Positions 1-18,055 of a stretch of 64,000 bases of DNA are shown piece by piece. A model generated the notes under the pieces. That model did not search any database. It was given only the letters and a program-made list of their open reading frames with translations, and had not been told where the DNA came from. This DNA comes from the human T2T-CHM13v2.0 reference genome, Homo sapiens. Position numbers and translations under genes: made by a program. Position 1 is the stretch's first letter; each line of letters opens with the position of its first letter. The stretch lies in NCBI RefSeq assembly GCF_009914755.1, contig NC_060943.1; one strand, given 5' to 3'.

Positions 1-25
1 ATTCACGTTTGGCTGCAAAGATGAG

Positions 26-441
26 TGATATAGTTTGGATCTGTGTCCCTGCCCAGATTTCCTGTCAAATGGTAATCCCCAGTGTTGGAGGTGGGACCTG
101 ATGGGAGGTGATTGGATCATGGGGGCAGATTCCCCTGTGGTGCCGTTCTTGTGATGGTGAGTTCTCATGAGATCTGGTTGTGTAAAAGTGTGTGGCACCT
201 CCCCCTCTCTCTCTTCCTTCTGCTCTGGTCATGTGAAGTGCCTGCTCCCACTTTGCCTTCCGCAATCATTCTAAGTTTCCTGAGGCCTACTCAGGAGCTG
301 AGCAGATGCCAGCATCATACTTCCTGTACAGCATGCAGAACTGTGGCCAATTAAACCTCTTTTCTTCATAAATTACCCAATATCAGGTATTTACCCAATA
401 TCAGGTATTTCTTCATAGCAGTGCAAGAATGGACCAATACA
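26..441 (+). mobile_element. MaLR solo LTR (MST family)
   Basis: Starts TGATATAGTTTGGATCTGTGTCC and ends GGACCAATACA; 5-bp TSD-like ATGAG (21-25)/ATGAA (442-446); internal 18-bp tandem duplication TTACCCAATATCAGGTAT at about 373-408. Confidence 0.85.
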
Positions 442-454
442 ATGAATGTGTTAA

Positions 455-799
<345 letters not shown>

Positions 800-959
800 T
801 AGTTATTTCTATCTTTCATGTACTTGACATCTTGACTTAATTTTGTTAGTATCTTTTGTCATAGTGGTTTATCTTTACACATAATTGTGACTGTAGTAAG
901 TATTACATCTATATTTTTATTTCATGGGCCAAATTACTATAAATACATACTTAAATAAG

Positions 960-2930
960 ATATAAATACACTGATTACCACATAATCCCAGAAGAAAGAT
1001 TGTCCAAGATGAAATTGCATTTATTGACCCAAGAATGGTTCACAATTTATGATGGAGAGAGATTTTCCTCAAGCAAGGAACAAGATTCAAATACCAGCTG
1101 TTGAAATAATTGCACAATATTGTGAGCTAAGCTATAGAATCTGAAATGTAAGACATAAAACATTGGCCAGGCGTGGTGGCTCAAGCCTGTAATCCCAGCA
1201 CTTTGGGAGGCCAAGGTGGGTGGATCACAAGGTCAGGAGATCGAGACCATCCTGGCTAACACGGTGAAACCCCCTCTCTACTAAAAATACAAAAAATTAT
1301 CTGGGTATGGTGGCACATGCCTGTAGTCCCAGCTATTCACAAGGCCGAGGTGGGAGAATCACTTGAATCTGGGAGGCAGAGTTTGCAATAAGCCAAGATT
1401 GTGCCACTGCACTCCAGCCTGGGCAACAGAGTGAGACTCCATCTCAAAAAATAAATAAGTAAAAAAAAAAAAAATTTTAGCGTACAGACTAAATTATTGA
1501 TTTTAGATAATATAATTATTTGTTCATTAATGGATGGCTATTAACAGCAACTTTATTATAATTAATGTAATAATTGAAATATACTCAAAAGATGTAAAAT
1601 TGTACCTGGAAGATACGGAAATGTGTTCATTAAGTAAATTGATATAGTTAGATTTGTAGTGAGTTCAGAGTTAACACTGGAATTTAAAAAACAGGTTTGT
1701 TGAGATCTAATTTATATCCATAAAATTGTTTCATTTTAAGTATATAATTCATTGACTTTTAATACACTTGCTATAAGTTGTGAAACCATCCCCACATTCA
1801 AATCTTAGAACATTTCTATCAGCTGCCCCCGAAAAGATATTTTTTAACAAAAAAAAAGAAAAATATCACATGATATATTTGAATGTGTAAACTGCCGAAG
1901 TTATATTGGTATGAAAGCCACACTGGTGACATTAACGTTTTCTAAAATGTTTCTTTTGTGAACTCCGGAGGGAAGTTACTCTCACTGTAGTCACCAGACA
2001 ATAGAGATGTCCTGTTTAAATGCAATTATTGTCTCCGTTTAGCACATGGTAAGGCCAGCATTGGAGAAAAGACGCATATTCTAGCCACGTTCACCCAGAC
2101 ACATAGTTTCTGTAATAATGAGATCACTGTATTCCATTTTTAACGTCATTGTATGCATAGAGGTTTTACAATAATTACTCTATTATCCTGAAAATAATAT
2201 CAGGGACTCTTGTATGGCAGCTAAATCAGAGTTTAAAACCACAGAAAAGTTTAATCTCACATTGAATGCTACATAGATAAAATATCAATAGTCACCATCA
2301 GGGATTGGTGTGGGGGATAGGACCTCTAGTCTGTCTCCACAGACTCAGTCTGTATCTCAGAAATTATTTCTCCTACTTTTGTATCTTTGCCACAGGAATA
2401 GTTTCTACTCCAGAGGAATCTCCTTTTTCAGATGTGAGCACTCACAGAGACCCAGCATACTCCTGTTTCCCTTACATACAGACTCTGCCTCACATACTAA
2501 AATAGAAAATACTCATCTGATTTCTTCTTACTGCCAGGACTTTGGGCTTAGTATGATGTCCTAGTGTGTGTAGGGGGAGGGAGCCAGCCAGTCTCTGAGT
2601 TATGAGTTTGTCATTTGAGATACCATCTTTTCATAGAACTACAATGGTCAATTCACCATGAGTGCATGCTTGCTTCTGAAAAACTTTTCATTACCAATTA
2701 TCAGAAACAACTTCAAGTTCCTAATGAACATCACCAAAGAGATATTTGGAGTGTTATGTAGAGGCCGTTCTATTTCCAAGATCCGTGAAGACAGACTGTG
2801 GCTCTTATGGAGGAAGCAGAAAATGCTGAGGTCTGAACACCTGATGGACAGTAATGCTGAAAATCTTTGTATTTGCCTATTGGGTTTGTGGATCTGCTTC
2901 AGTGAAATGTTCTTAAATATCTTTACCTTT
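960..2930 (-). other. Diverged paralogue of the VN1R4 upstream region (putative V1R non-coding exon/promoter block without its coding exon in this window)
   Basis: Colinear similarity to about 51800-54800 once the SVA is removed, e.g. 2807-2836 vs 54679-54708 (26/30 identical) and 2302-2324 vs 52777-52798; minus-strand donor GTGAGT at 2445 in the position equivalent to GTAAGT at 54300. Confidence 0.65.
1165..1473 (+). mobile_element. Alu
   Basis: GGCCAGGCGTGGTGGCTC start, A-rich linker, A tail. Confidence 0.95.
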
Positions 2931-2936
2931 TTCTAA

Positions 2937-3255
2937 TTCATTTTTAATAGACTTTTTAAACAGCAGTTTTAGGTTTACAACAAAATTAAGTGGAAGGTAG
3001 AGATTTCCCATATACACTGTACCCCCACGCAAGGACAGCCTCCCCCATTATTAACAACCCACCAGAGTGGTACATTTGTTACAATCAATGAACCTCCATT
3101 GACGTATCATTATCACCCAAAGTTCATGTTTACATTAAGGTTCACTTTTGTGTTGTATAGTCTGAGTCTGGACAAATGTATGAAGCCATGTATTCACCAT
3201 CATGGTATCATATAAGGTACTTTTACTGTCCTCAAAATCCTCTGTGCTCCACCTA
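2937..3255 (-). mobile_element. Old L1 (L1MC-like) 3' fragment
   Basis: Antisense match to L1MC 3' UTR motifs; similar sequence in sense at 24060-24500. Confidence 0.7.
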
Positions 3256-3929
3256 GATTGTCTTCCTTCTTTCAGTTCTATCACTTGTTTCACACGTTTT
3301 GCAGCTCTCTGTCCTATATTGTCAATTATTCCCAATTAATTATCACCCTCCTATGAAATTATACAACTCTGCCCTTTGATATCAGGCATGGCCCTTGACT
3401 TGAGGCAACGCTTCAAGTCAAGGATTGAAATTCCTTGCCCAATTTATGATAGGCTTGGCTTTGTGAATTCCTTGGCCAATTTGGTGTGAGTAGAGATGAC
3501 ATGTTTCAATTTTTAAAAATATTTTTTTTTAAATAAGAAACTATCAATAAGTTGGAGAAACTGTCAACTTATTTGTTGATTGTCCGTGTCAATTTTCTCT
3601 AATTAATTTATAATCATTTAGACTATTTTCAGCTCCTTAAAAAATTGTTTCTCATGGGTATGTCCTTTGGTTGATATAAGCCACCTTCCTCAAGTAGGTC
3701 AGTGTCATTCTTGTAGCTTTTTTCTTTATTCTTAGGCTTATTGCAGGAATGATATAAAATTCTTTGCTCAGAGAAAATAACTAAAACTCCCCCAAAGGCA
3801 GTTGACTCACCAGAGTTCTCGAATGACTTGGAAATCGGTAAAATGCAGATTCCCAGGCCGCATCAAGCCCAGCTGAATTCATCTGGACAGTGTTTTTGTT
3901 TTCAACAGTTTTACTGAGATGCAGTTGAT

Positions 3930-4413
3930 ACATAGTTATGCACCGCATAACAATATTTTGGTCAATAAAGGACTGCATATATAATGGTGGTCCCATTAGA
4001 ATACTGTATTTTTACCATACCATTTCCATGTTTGGACATGTTTAGATACACAAATACCATGGTGTTACAATTGCCTATGATAACATGCTGTCCCCATTTG
4101 TAGCCTAGGATCAACAGTCTATATGGTGAAACCCTGTCTCTACTAAAAATACAAAAATTAGTCGGGCATGGTGGTGTGTGCCTGTAGTCCCAGCTGCTCA
4201 GGAGGCTGAGGCAGGAGAATCGAACCATGGAAGTGGAGGTTGCAGTGAGCCGAGTCTATTGTAAATTATTGTAAAAAGTCTATATGGTTTAGCCTAGGTG
4301 TGTAGTAGGCGATCCCATGTAGCTTTGTGTAAGTACACCCTATGACGTTAGCACAATGATGAAATCAACAAATTTCTCAGCACACATCCTCATCATTAGG
4401 TGACCCATGACTG
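3930..4413. mobile_element. Tigger3/MER7-like DNA transposon interrupted by an internal Alu fragment (4123-4253)
   Basis: Termini resembling CAGTCATGCGCCGCATAAC ... CATGACTG; internal tail-less Alu piece. Confidence 0.7.
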
Positions 4414-5104
4414 TGCTATAAAAGGCTGCACATATTGAGGGTGAGGTCAGCTTGGGGCCCCACTTGCTCAGGGGGCAGGCTCTACCCAGACAGCTGGCAC
4501 CCCTCAGCTATATGCATCCATCCTTAGGCAGGGAAAACTCAAGAGTCATCTCTACTCCCTGCTGTGCGCAACCCTTTGAGTACCTGGTTCTGCCAAGAAA
4601 GCTACAAAATTGTGCGGCTCCAGGGCAGCAACTCGTGGATCATGCTCCCGAGGCCTGGTGAGAGAAACTTGCCTGTTCGAATTTAAATGGAAGCTAGAAG
4701 AGGCTTCATTTGCTTCTTCTAACCCTCTCTTTTCTCTGCTACTAATATGGTATGTCCTGATAGAGACTGAATCTTACCCTGAATCCCAGCATCGCATTGT
4801 GGAACTAAGTGCTGAATAATAATAGTTCTGAGGAAGAAATAAACGTTTGTTCTTGCAAGCCTCTGAGAATTCAAAGATATTTGCTACCACATTACAACTT
4901 CCAGAAAGCTGAAAGTACACTTTCAATGACCTGTTTTTTCTTTACTCACCTTAACCTTCCAAATCCACAGTTACAGATAGTAGCTCATTATCTCCACTAC
5001 TTGTACGAACTTTGAAATCTGCATTTGAGAATTTTCTTCATATGATTACTTTCTTCCTTTCCGTTTTATATGTTTTACTTCCATTAGAATAACCATTTAT
5101 TTTA

Positions 5105-5420
<316 letters not shown>

Positions 5421-5704
5421 TCATCTAGAAATATATTACCTTTTATTATGTGACCACCCTCAATGAACTATTTGTTCTCTCACTTATAACTTTACCCAAT
5501 TGGTTTATCATCATCAGATATTTGTAAATATCTTCAAGAAACTTGCCCTCTTTCACCCTGCCTCCTTCACCTTACTAATCATCAGAATCAGACATGCTCA
5601 GTTACTGACTATGGTCCCCTTACAATCAGGAAGTTCACATTGATGACAAAACAAAAACAAAAAGAAAACCCCAAGCAAACAAACAAATTAAAAAAAACCT
5701 CTAG

Positions 5705-7194
5705 CTCTACTAAAAATACAAAAAATAGCCCTCTCCCTCTCCCTCTTTCTCCCTCTCCCTCTCCCCACGGTCTCCCTCTCCCTCTCTTTCCACGGTCTCC
5801 CTCTGATGCCGAGCTGAAGCTGGACGGTACTGCTGCCATCTCAGCTCACTGCAACCTCCCTGCCTGATTCTCCTGCCTCAGCCTGCCCAGTGCCTGCGAT
5901 TGCAGGCGCGCGCCGCCACGCCTGACTGGTTTTCGTATTTTTTTGGTGGAGACGGGGTTTCGCTGCGTTGGCCGGGCTGGTCTCCAGCTCCTAGCCGCGA
6001 GTGATCCGCCAGCCTCCGCCTCCCGAGGTGCCGGGATTGCAGACGGAGTCTGGTTCACTCAGTGCTCAATGGTGCCCAGGCTGGAGTGCAGTGGCGTGAT
6101 CTCGGCTCGCTACAACATCCACCTCCCAGCCGCCTGCCTTGGCCTCCCAAAGTGCCGAGACTGCAGCCTCTGCCCGGCCACCACCCCGTCTGGGAAGTGA
6201 GGAGCGTCTCTGCCTGGCCGCCCATCGTCTGGGACATGACGAGCCCCTCTGCCTGGCTGCCCAGTCTGGAAAGTGAGGAGCGTCTCTGCCCAGCCACCCA
6301 TCGTCTGAGATGTGGGGAGCGCCTCTGCCCCGCCGCCCCATCTGGGATGTGAGGAGCACCTCTACCCGGCCGCGACCCCGTCTGGGAGGTGAGGAGCGTC
6401 TCTGCCCGGCCGCCCCGTCTGAGAAGTGAGGAGCCCCTCTGCCTGGCAGCCGCCCTGTCTGAGAAGTGAGGAGCCCCTCCGCCCGGCAGCCAACCTGTCT
6501 GGGAAGTGAGGAGCGTCTCCGCCTGGCAGCCACCTCGTCCGGGAAGGAGGTGGGGGGGTCAGCCCCCCGCCTGGCCAGCCGCCCTGTCCGGGAGGTGAGG
6601 GGCGCCTCTGCCCGGCCGCCCCTACTGGGAAGTGAGGAGCCCCTCTGCCCGGCCACCACCCCGTCTGGGAGGTGTACCCAACAGCTCATTGAGAACGGGC
6701 CATGATGACAATGGCGGTTTTGTGGAATAGAAAGCGGGGAAAGGTGGGGAAAAGATTGAGAAATCGGATGGTTGCCGTGTCTGTGTAGAAAGAAGTAGAC
6801 ATGGGAGACTTTTCATTTTGTTCTGTACTGAGAAAAATTCTTATCCTGTTGATCTGGAACCTTACCCCCAACCCTGTGCTCTCTGAAACATGTGCTGTGT
6901 CCACTCAGGGTTAAATGGATTAAGGGCGGTGCAAGGTGTGCTTTGTTAAACAGATGCTTGAAGGCAGCATGCTCCTTAAGAGTCATCACCACTCCCTAAT
7001 CTCAAGTACCCAGGGACACAAACACTGCGGAAGGCCGCAGGGTCCTCTGCCTAGGAAAACCAGAGACCTTTGTTCACTTGTTTATCTGCTGACCTTCCCT
7101 CCACTATTGTCCTATGACCCTGCCAAATCCCCCTCTGCGAGGAACACCCAAGAATGATCAATAAAAAAAATAAAAATAAAAATAAAAAAATAAA
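5705..7194 (+). mobile_element. SVA retrotransposon, full length, with a 24-bp 5' extension
   Basis: (CCCTCT)n from 5729, antisense Alu-like domain, GC-rich VNTR (about 6170-6670), SINE-R, AATAAA plus A tail; TSD AAAAAAAACCTCTAG at 5690-5704 and 7195-7209. Confidence 0.97.
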
Positions 7195-7432
7195 AAAAAA
7201 AACCTCTAGGCTTAGGGGCTTTGTGTTAAATGCGAGTTACAATAAAATTGCCGATGTTCATCCAAGGGTGCTGTTTCCCAATGTGTCATACGGCAACAGA
7301 AAATGTCTTCCAACTGGGGTGTTTAGACCACTTCCTTTTAAAGTGATTATTATATGGTTAAACTATCTTGGTATTGATTTTATGTTTTTGCCTTTGTTCT
7401 TTCTTCTCTTTTCTTTCGTTGCCTTGGGTTTT

Positions 7433-8426
<994 letters not shown>

Positions 8427-8771
8427 TTAAGTGGCTCTCTTTCAATTCCTTTTTTGGCTTTAGTGTTAACGATAACCAAATTTTTAGCATTTGCTTTAGC
8501 GGGGTTATACTATACAGCTTATCACAGCCTACCTTCCAGTGATTCCATACGACTTCATGTAGAGCATCAGATCCTTACCCATGTATACTTTCATTTCACA
8601 ACTGTTGGTGTGTGTGCTGTCATTATCATACATCTAACTTTTAGATAACCTACAAGCGGCTCCAGGGCAGCAACTCATGGATCATGCTCCCGAGGCAGAT
8701 TGTTATTTTCTAAACAGTTACATTTTAAAGAGATTTAAACGGAAGAAATACGTTTAAAAATTACCCATGTG

Positions 8772-9097
<326 letters not shown>

Positions 9098-9186
9098 AAA
9101 AATTACCCATGTGGTTACTATTTCTGGCACTCCTCATTCTTTTGTGTAGATCATGTGTTACGAAACACAAGTCAAATATGAATTAC

Positions 9187-9902
<716 letters not shown>

Positions 9903-10072
9903 TCACCATCTGTTTTTAAATAATGTTTACTTGGAACATGGCCAAACCCACGTGTAGGTACTATTGATCCATTAAAGGCAGAGTAGGGTATTTGCAACCG
10001 TATAGCCTGCAAAGAATAAAATACCACTTGGCCCTTTAAAGTTTGTCGATTTCTCATGTAGAGTCATATTCT

Positions 10073-10392
<320 letters not shown>

Positions 10393-10568
10393 TGAATTAC
10401 AATAAAGTTGGGGCAATAAAGCGTACAGTCAGTTTTGTAATCCAGTGTAAGGGGAACACAAGGTTTCTCCTAATTGGAAAAGAATAACTGGTAGGTCTTT
10501 TCCCTTATACCAGGGAAAACATAGGAAATACGTGATTGTGTTGCTATTTGATTTGAAACTACAGTAAT

Positions 10569-10885
10569 GGCTGGGCGCAGTGGCTCAGGCCTGTAATCCT
10601 GGCACTTTGGGAGGCCGAGGCGGGTGGATCACCTGAGGTCAGGAGTTCGAGACCAGCCCAACCAACATGGGGAAACCCCATTTCTACTAAAAATACAAAA
10701 AATTAGCCGGGCGTGGTGGTGCATGCCTGTAACCACAGCTACTCAGAGAATTGCTTGAACCTGGGAGGCGGAGGTTGCGGTGAGCCAAAATCGCACCACT
10801 GCACTCCAGCATGGGCAACAAGAGCGAAACTCCATCTCAAAAAAAAAAAAAAAAAAAAAGAAAAAAAGAAAAAAAAAGAAAGAAA
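10569..10885 (+). mobile_element. Alu with a short internal deletion
   Basis: Right arm lacks GGGAGGCTGAGGCAG; long A/GAAA tail; TSD GAAACTAC(A/G)GTA. Confidence 0.9.
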
Positions 10886-12440
10886 GAAACTACGGTATTT
10901 TATGTGAAAATAATTTTTGATGACATTGACAGTAAAGATAAAAACTGGGGCTTAAAAACTCCACTAATTTTACTTGACATGCATTCATAAGAGGAAGTAG
11001 CAACATACCCCTAAGTGGCCCCAGGGGTAGATGGCAGAGGTGTGTATCCTAACAAGTCTTTGCAGAACTGGTATCATCAAATCTCTCAGACAGTTTTGAC
11101 AAATGGTATTTACTATCTTTTCATTAACTCATTACCTCACCCTACCCCCACGTCTCCCCAGCAGCTGAGAGGCTCCTGTAAATAAATTTGTCTGTGCATT
11201 CCACAAATAGGTCATCATGATTCTGGATCCACACTTGTATCTTAACCCCTCTAGGAAAAGAATTGTTACAAGAATCAACGTGCAAAAATATAAACAGTTT
11301 ATATAGGTGTTTTGACTTTTAGGTCCCCCGAAATAAAAAAATTGTGAACCATAAGAAGTCTCAAATTTTAAATGTCTCCAACAGATATGATCACACACCT
11401 CACCAAGCCACGCGCTGATTGTGGATATTCCTCAATCATTATAAACATGTTCCCATCCTGACAATTTTCTCCATTTCCTCTGCCCAATTATTTTTCCCCA
11501 TTTGTATCTATATGACAGAGTCCAATTACTGATTTTGCTCAAATATCATCTTATCCTATGGGTATTTCCTGAACAGTTTAAATTAGGACATCCTGTCACT
11601 CTGTCACTACATGTACACTTTGTTGAACTTATCCTCCTATTATAATTATTGCTGACTTACCCGTATAGAACATAAGATACTTGAGAGCAGGGAACTGGTT
11701 CAGTTTCTTGCTAGATCATCAATGATTAGAATAATCCCTGAGAGCAGGGACTCTGTGCATTTGTATTGAATGAATGAATGAACGAATGAACGAATGCATT
11801 TTTTTCGATGCAAAGAAGAAAGTTACTGCAATGCATAGGCTCGTAGATTAGCAGGTCATAATTCTACTTTTATTCCCACATTTTGTATCTCAGGCAACAT
11901 GAACTAAATAGATCCACCTCAGCAGTGGAAAAAGGTTTTCATGAAGTTTTTCTAAGCCATGAAAATGGAAGATTCACTCTCAAATGCTGCATTCTATTCC
12001 CAGTGAAAAATAACAATCTTATCTGTCAGGTAGAAAAATTTTTGTAACGACAATCTGAAAAACAGGGACTAAAAAACAAGTAGGAAGTTTATCTTTCTCA
12101 CATAATAGCAAGTCCGGAGGCTGCAGTTTGGGATGTGGCAGATCCTCTTGAGAAGTCCATTCTGCCTACTCTACCTCCATCAGCACTCAGCCTTCCTTCT
12201 CCTTGAGGAGAATGCAGATGGCTGGTGTATGACTGAGAAGGGTATAGGATAAGGGGCAAAACCATTTTCATTTTGAGGCTTTGTCTTGTTTACCTGAAAA
12301 CAATATTTCCATATTTTTTTCCCAAAGAATATTAATTCTGTTAAATGGCTACTGTAATTTTAATGAAGAACGGGGATTTTCAAATTTCATATTCACACAT
12401 CAAAAACAGAGGAAGAGAAAGAAACAATTAAGTTAGAAAG

Positions 12441-12750
12441 CCAGGAACAGTGGCTCATGCCTGTAATCCCAGCACTTTGGGAGGCTGAGGTTGGAGGATC
12501 GTTTGAGCTTGAGCACAGGAGTTCAAGACCAGCCTGAGCAACACAGTGAGACCTCATCTCTACAAAAAAATTAAAAAGTTAGCCAGGTGTAGTGGCAACA
12601 CCTGTGGTCCCAGGTACTCGGGAGGCTGAGGTGGGAGGATCATTTGAGCCCAGGAGGTTGAGGCTACAACAAGCTGTGATCACACTACTGCACTGCAGCC
12701 TGGGCTGGACAGAGGGACACCCTTTCTCAAACAACAGCAACAACAAAACC
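12441..12750 (+). mobile_element. Alu (AluJ-like)
   Basis: GAGGATC..TTGAGCCCAGGAG diagnostic right arm. Confidence 0.85.
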
Positions 12751-13586
12751 CACAAACATGTTGCAGACCAAATACCTGTTACCAATTATATTAATGACAA
12801 CGTGGTCACCATAATTTTGGGAAGAGCCAGATTACATTAACTGACTTTGTTCTTTATCCTGAGAGTCTAATATTATATATAGCCTATCGCCTGTCTTTTG
12901 GGTGTTCAAAAAGAAAGACAAAAATTATTAAACGTCCTTACTGTTTTTTTTTAACTTACAGATTTACTTCTATTGAGCTCTATTTGTATCTAAATAAAAA
13001 TATTTCTCCAAGTTTTAATATATTCTAATTCCACTATCAAGGTAGGAAAATGAATTTGAGATTTAAAAAAAATTCATGCCCTCTTACCTTAAAGTGAGAG
13101 AGGTAAACACTTCCAAATGTATTTTCATATTAGACTATAACCGAAAGGTAATCTGTTATATCATAACTTGGGGATTTTCAGAGGGAGCCTATATTTCCAA
13201 TGAAGCATTAAAGACCTTCACAGGATTTCCTTGCATATATAGAATATACTCAATTGAGGGTGAACATTTAAAATGTTTAAGGCTATATTTGTTCCAAAAA
13301 ATGAATAATCCCATCTTGTTTTAGTTTTCAATTTGTTTAGTTTCCCTTTTTATTCGTTGCTTTTCCACATGTAAAATATTTTTGTCTCTAAAGTCAAAAT
13401 TATATTACAAATATATGAAAATCCCTATTCTGTTTTGCCTTCTCAAACTTTTTATTTTCTTAAATAGGTTTCTTGATAGGTATTAATTTCAGATTTTTTT
13501 TATCACAAAGAGAATACCATATATGATATTCTATACCTTGTTTTTTAGGTATGGTGGTGATCACTCCAATATGACTTTCCTCATTC

Positions 13587-13891
13587 TTTTTTTTTCTTTT
13601 TTTTTTTTTGAGATGGAGTCTCACTCCGTTGCCCAGGCTGGAGTGCAGTGGCGCGATCTCGGCTCATGCAACCTCTGCCTCCCGGGTTCAAGCGATTCTC
13701 CTGCCTCAGCCACCAGAGTAGCTGGGATTACAGGCATGCGCCACCATGCCCAGCTAATTTTTCTATTTTTAGTAGAGACGGGATTTCACCATGTTGGTCA
13801 GGTTGGTCTCGAACTCCTGACCTTGTTGTGATCTGCCCACCTCTGCCTCCCAAAGTGCTGGGATTACAGGCATGAGCCACCGCGCCCAGCC
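13587..13891 (-). mobile_element. Alu
   Basis: Antisense dimer; TSD TGACTTTCCTCATTCTTT. Confidence 0.95.
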
Positions 13892-14508
13892 CTGACTTTC
13901 CTCATTCTTTTAACAGCTTCACATACATAGCCAACATTCCCCTAATTTCTCAGCCACCTTGCCTCAAGTTAAAACCATGAGACCGGTTTTGCCAAACAGG
14001 GTGTAAGTGTAATGTATCACTTTCAGGCCAAACCACTTAAAACTAAGTGTGACCTTCTTGCTTGTTTCCTTTGCAATAATCAGAGGCCCATTTTTGAGAT
14101 AGAGAAACCATAATATGGAAGCCCCTCCATCTCTGAGTTACCACATAAGCATCAGTTGCCCTACAGGGTCAACTATCCCAGTGGTGCAATTGACAGAAAA
14201 GACTCATTTTATACAGTAAGCTTCCAGGATTTAACAAAAAAGGTTTTGTATCTCCGGGCACCACAGGACATGCCATTCCTTACAAGACTTTTAAAAGCAA
14301 AGCCTAGACAGCTTTAGCAATACCCTCTTTCTTGACAAACTGTTAGAGATCTAGGCCTGAAGGGCAAGGAAAGGACAATAAAGTCTGTCTTTCTACATCA
14401 TTTGCTTCTCAGTGATGCTCATCAAATTGCTATCAATCACTGTGTCATGTTTCCACTGCCAATTTTTTTAGATATTCACAATACAGCCCCCAAACCCCAA
14501 CCTATCCT

Positions 14509-14899
14509 GTGTCTTAGTCCATTTTTTGTTGCTGTAACAGAAAACCTGACCTGGGTAATTTATATGTATGTATATAATTTATGTATGTGTATATATATAA
14601 TTTATTTCTTCCAGCTCTGGAGGCTGGGAAGTCCAAGGCTGAGCGGCTACATGTGGTGAGGGCCTTCTTGCTGCATCATAACAGAAGTCATCACATGGTG
14701 AGAAGGAGGAAGCATGCCAGCTCAGCTCTCTTTTCCTCTTCTTATAAGGCTACTAATCCCAACATAGGGAGCCACCCCCATAACTTCATCTATCCCTAAT
14801 TACCTCCCAAAGGCTCCCACCTCTAAATACCATCAACATATGGATTTGAGGATTCAATTTCCAACATGAACTTTTGGGGAATACATTTGAACATGGCAC
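14509..14899 (-). mobile_element. MaLR LTR (MST family)
   Basis: TGTCTTAGTCCATTTT..GCTGTAACAGAA start on +, ends near GAACATGGCA. Confidence 0.75.
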
Positions 14900-15163
14900 C
14901 CAGTCACCATTTCCTAAAAGAATAATACTGCAGGTACCCAAAACAACTGAACAAAGACATTAGGCACCATTTGCATTCCCTCTCAAAGTTTCTAAAACCA
15001 TCTCCAGTTTTGAGGTCAATATGTCTCAGCTACTTTTCTATACTGCAATGTCCTTTGTCCACTTAACAGTACCACCACTGCAATCTGGTGCTCAGAACTG
15101 TTTTCCAGAAGGCGTTTCCTGTATGGTTCTTGCTAAACTTTGCCAATGAGAAAAACCTGAATG

Positions 15164-15386
15164 GGCCAGGCGCAGTGGCTCACAACTGTAATCCCAGCAC
15201 TATGGGAGGCTGAAGTGGGTGGACTGCTTGAGGTCAGGAGTTCAAAACCAGCCTGGGCAACATGGCGAAAACCTGTCTCTACCAAAAATACAAAAATTAG
15301 CCCGTCTCTTAACCCGGTCTCAAAATAAATAGATAATAAATTAAAAATAAAAAAAAATTTAAAATGCTGTTAAAAAAAAAAAAAAG
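15164..15386 (+). mobile_element. Alu left monomer plus non-Alu tail, inserted as one unit
   Basis: Left arm ending AAAATTAGCC, then CGTCTCTTAACCCGGTCTC and an A-rich tail; TSD GAAAA(A)CCTGAATGG. Confidence 0.8.
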
Positions 15387-15550
15387 GAAAACCTGAATGG
15401 AATAGGAAAGGCAGAAGTGAAGCACTAAGCCATTAATCTCAGATGAATACTGCACAGACCTCACCATCTCTAATCCCAATCAAGCAGCCAGAAGCAGTAA
15501 CTTCTAAGACATCTCCATGAGCTCTGGTTTCTCACTGAAGCTGCCAGTGA

Positions 15551-15918
<368 letters not shown>

Positions 15919-15976
15919 AAAAATTCTTAACATATAACTATTCTTATTCTTGAAGTAATTGTATACGTTTTCCTAA

Positions 15977-16330
<354 letters not shown>

Positions 16331-16339
16331 TTGCCAACT

Positions 16340-18055
<1,716 letters not shown>

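Noticed and set aside
4440-4700. GC-richer unique segment with 69-aa ORFs as a possible pseudogene fragment
   Set aside because: No recognisable protein in the frames I translated; kept only as the donor of the 41-bp copy.
5609-7157. Multiple ORFs up to 207 aa in the first SVA (and at 52899-54336 in the second)
   Set aside because: GC-rich VNTR and Alu-like sequence is stop-poor; SVA is non-autonomous.
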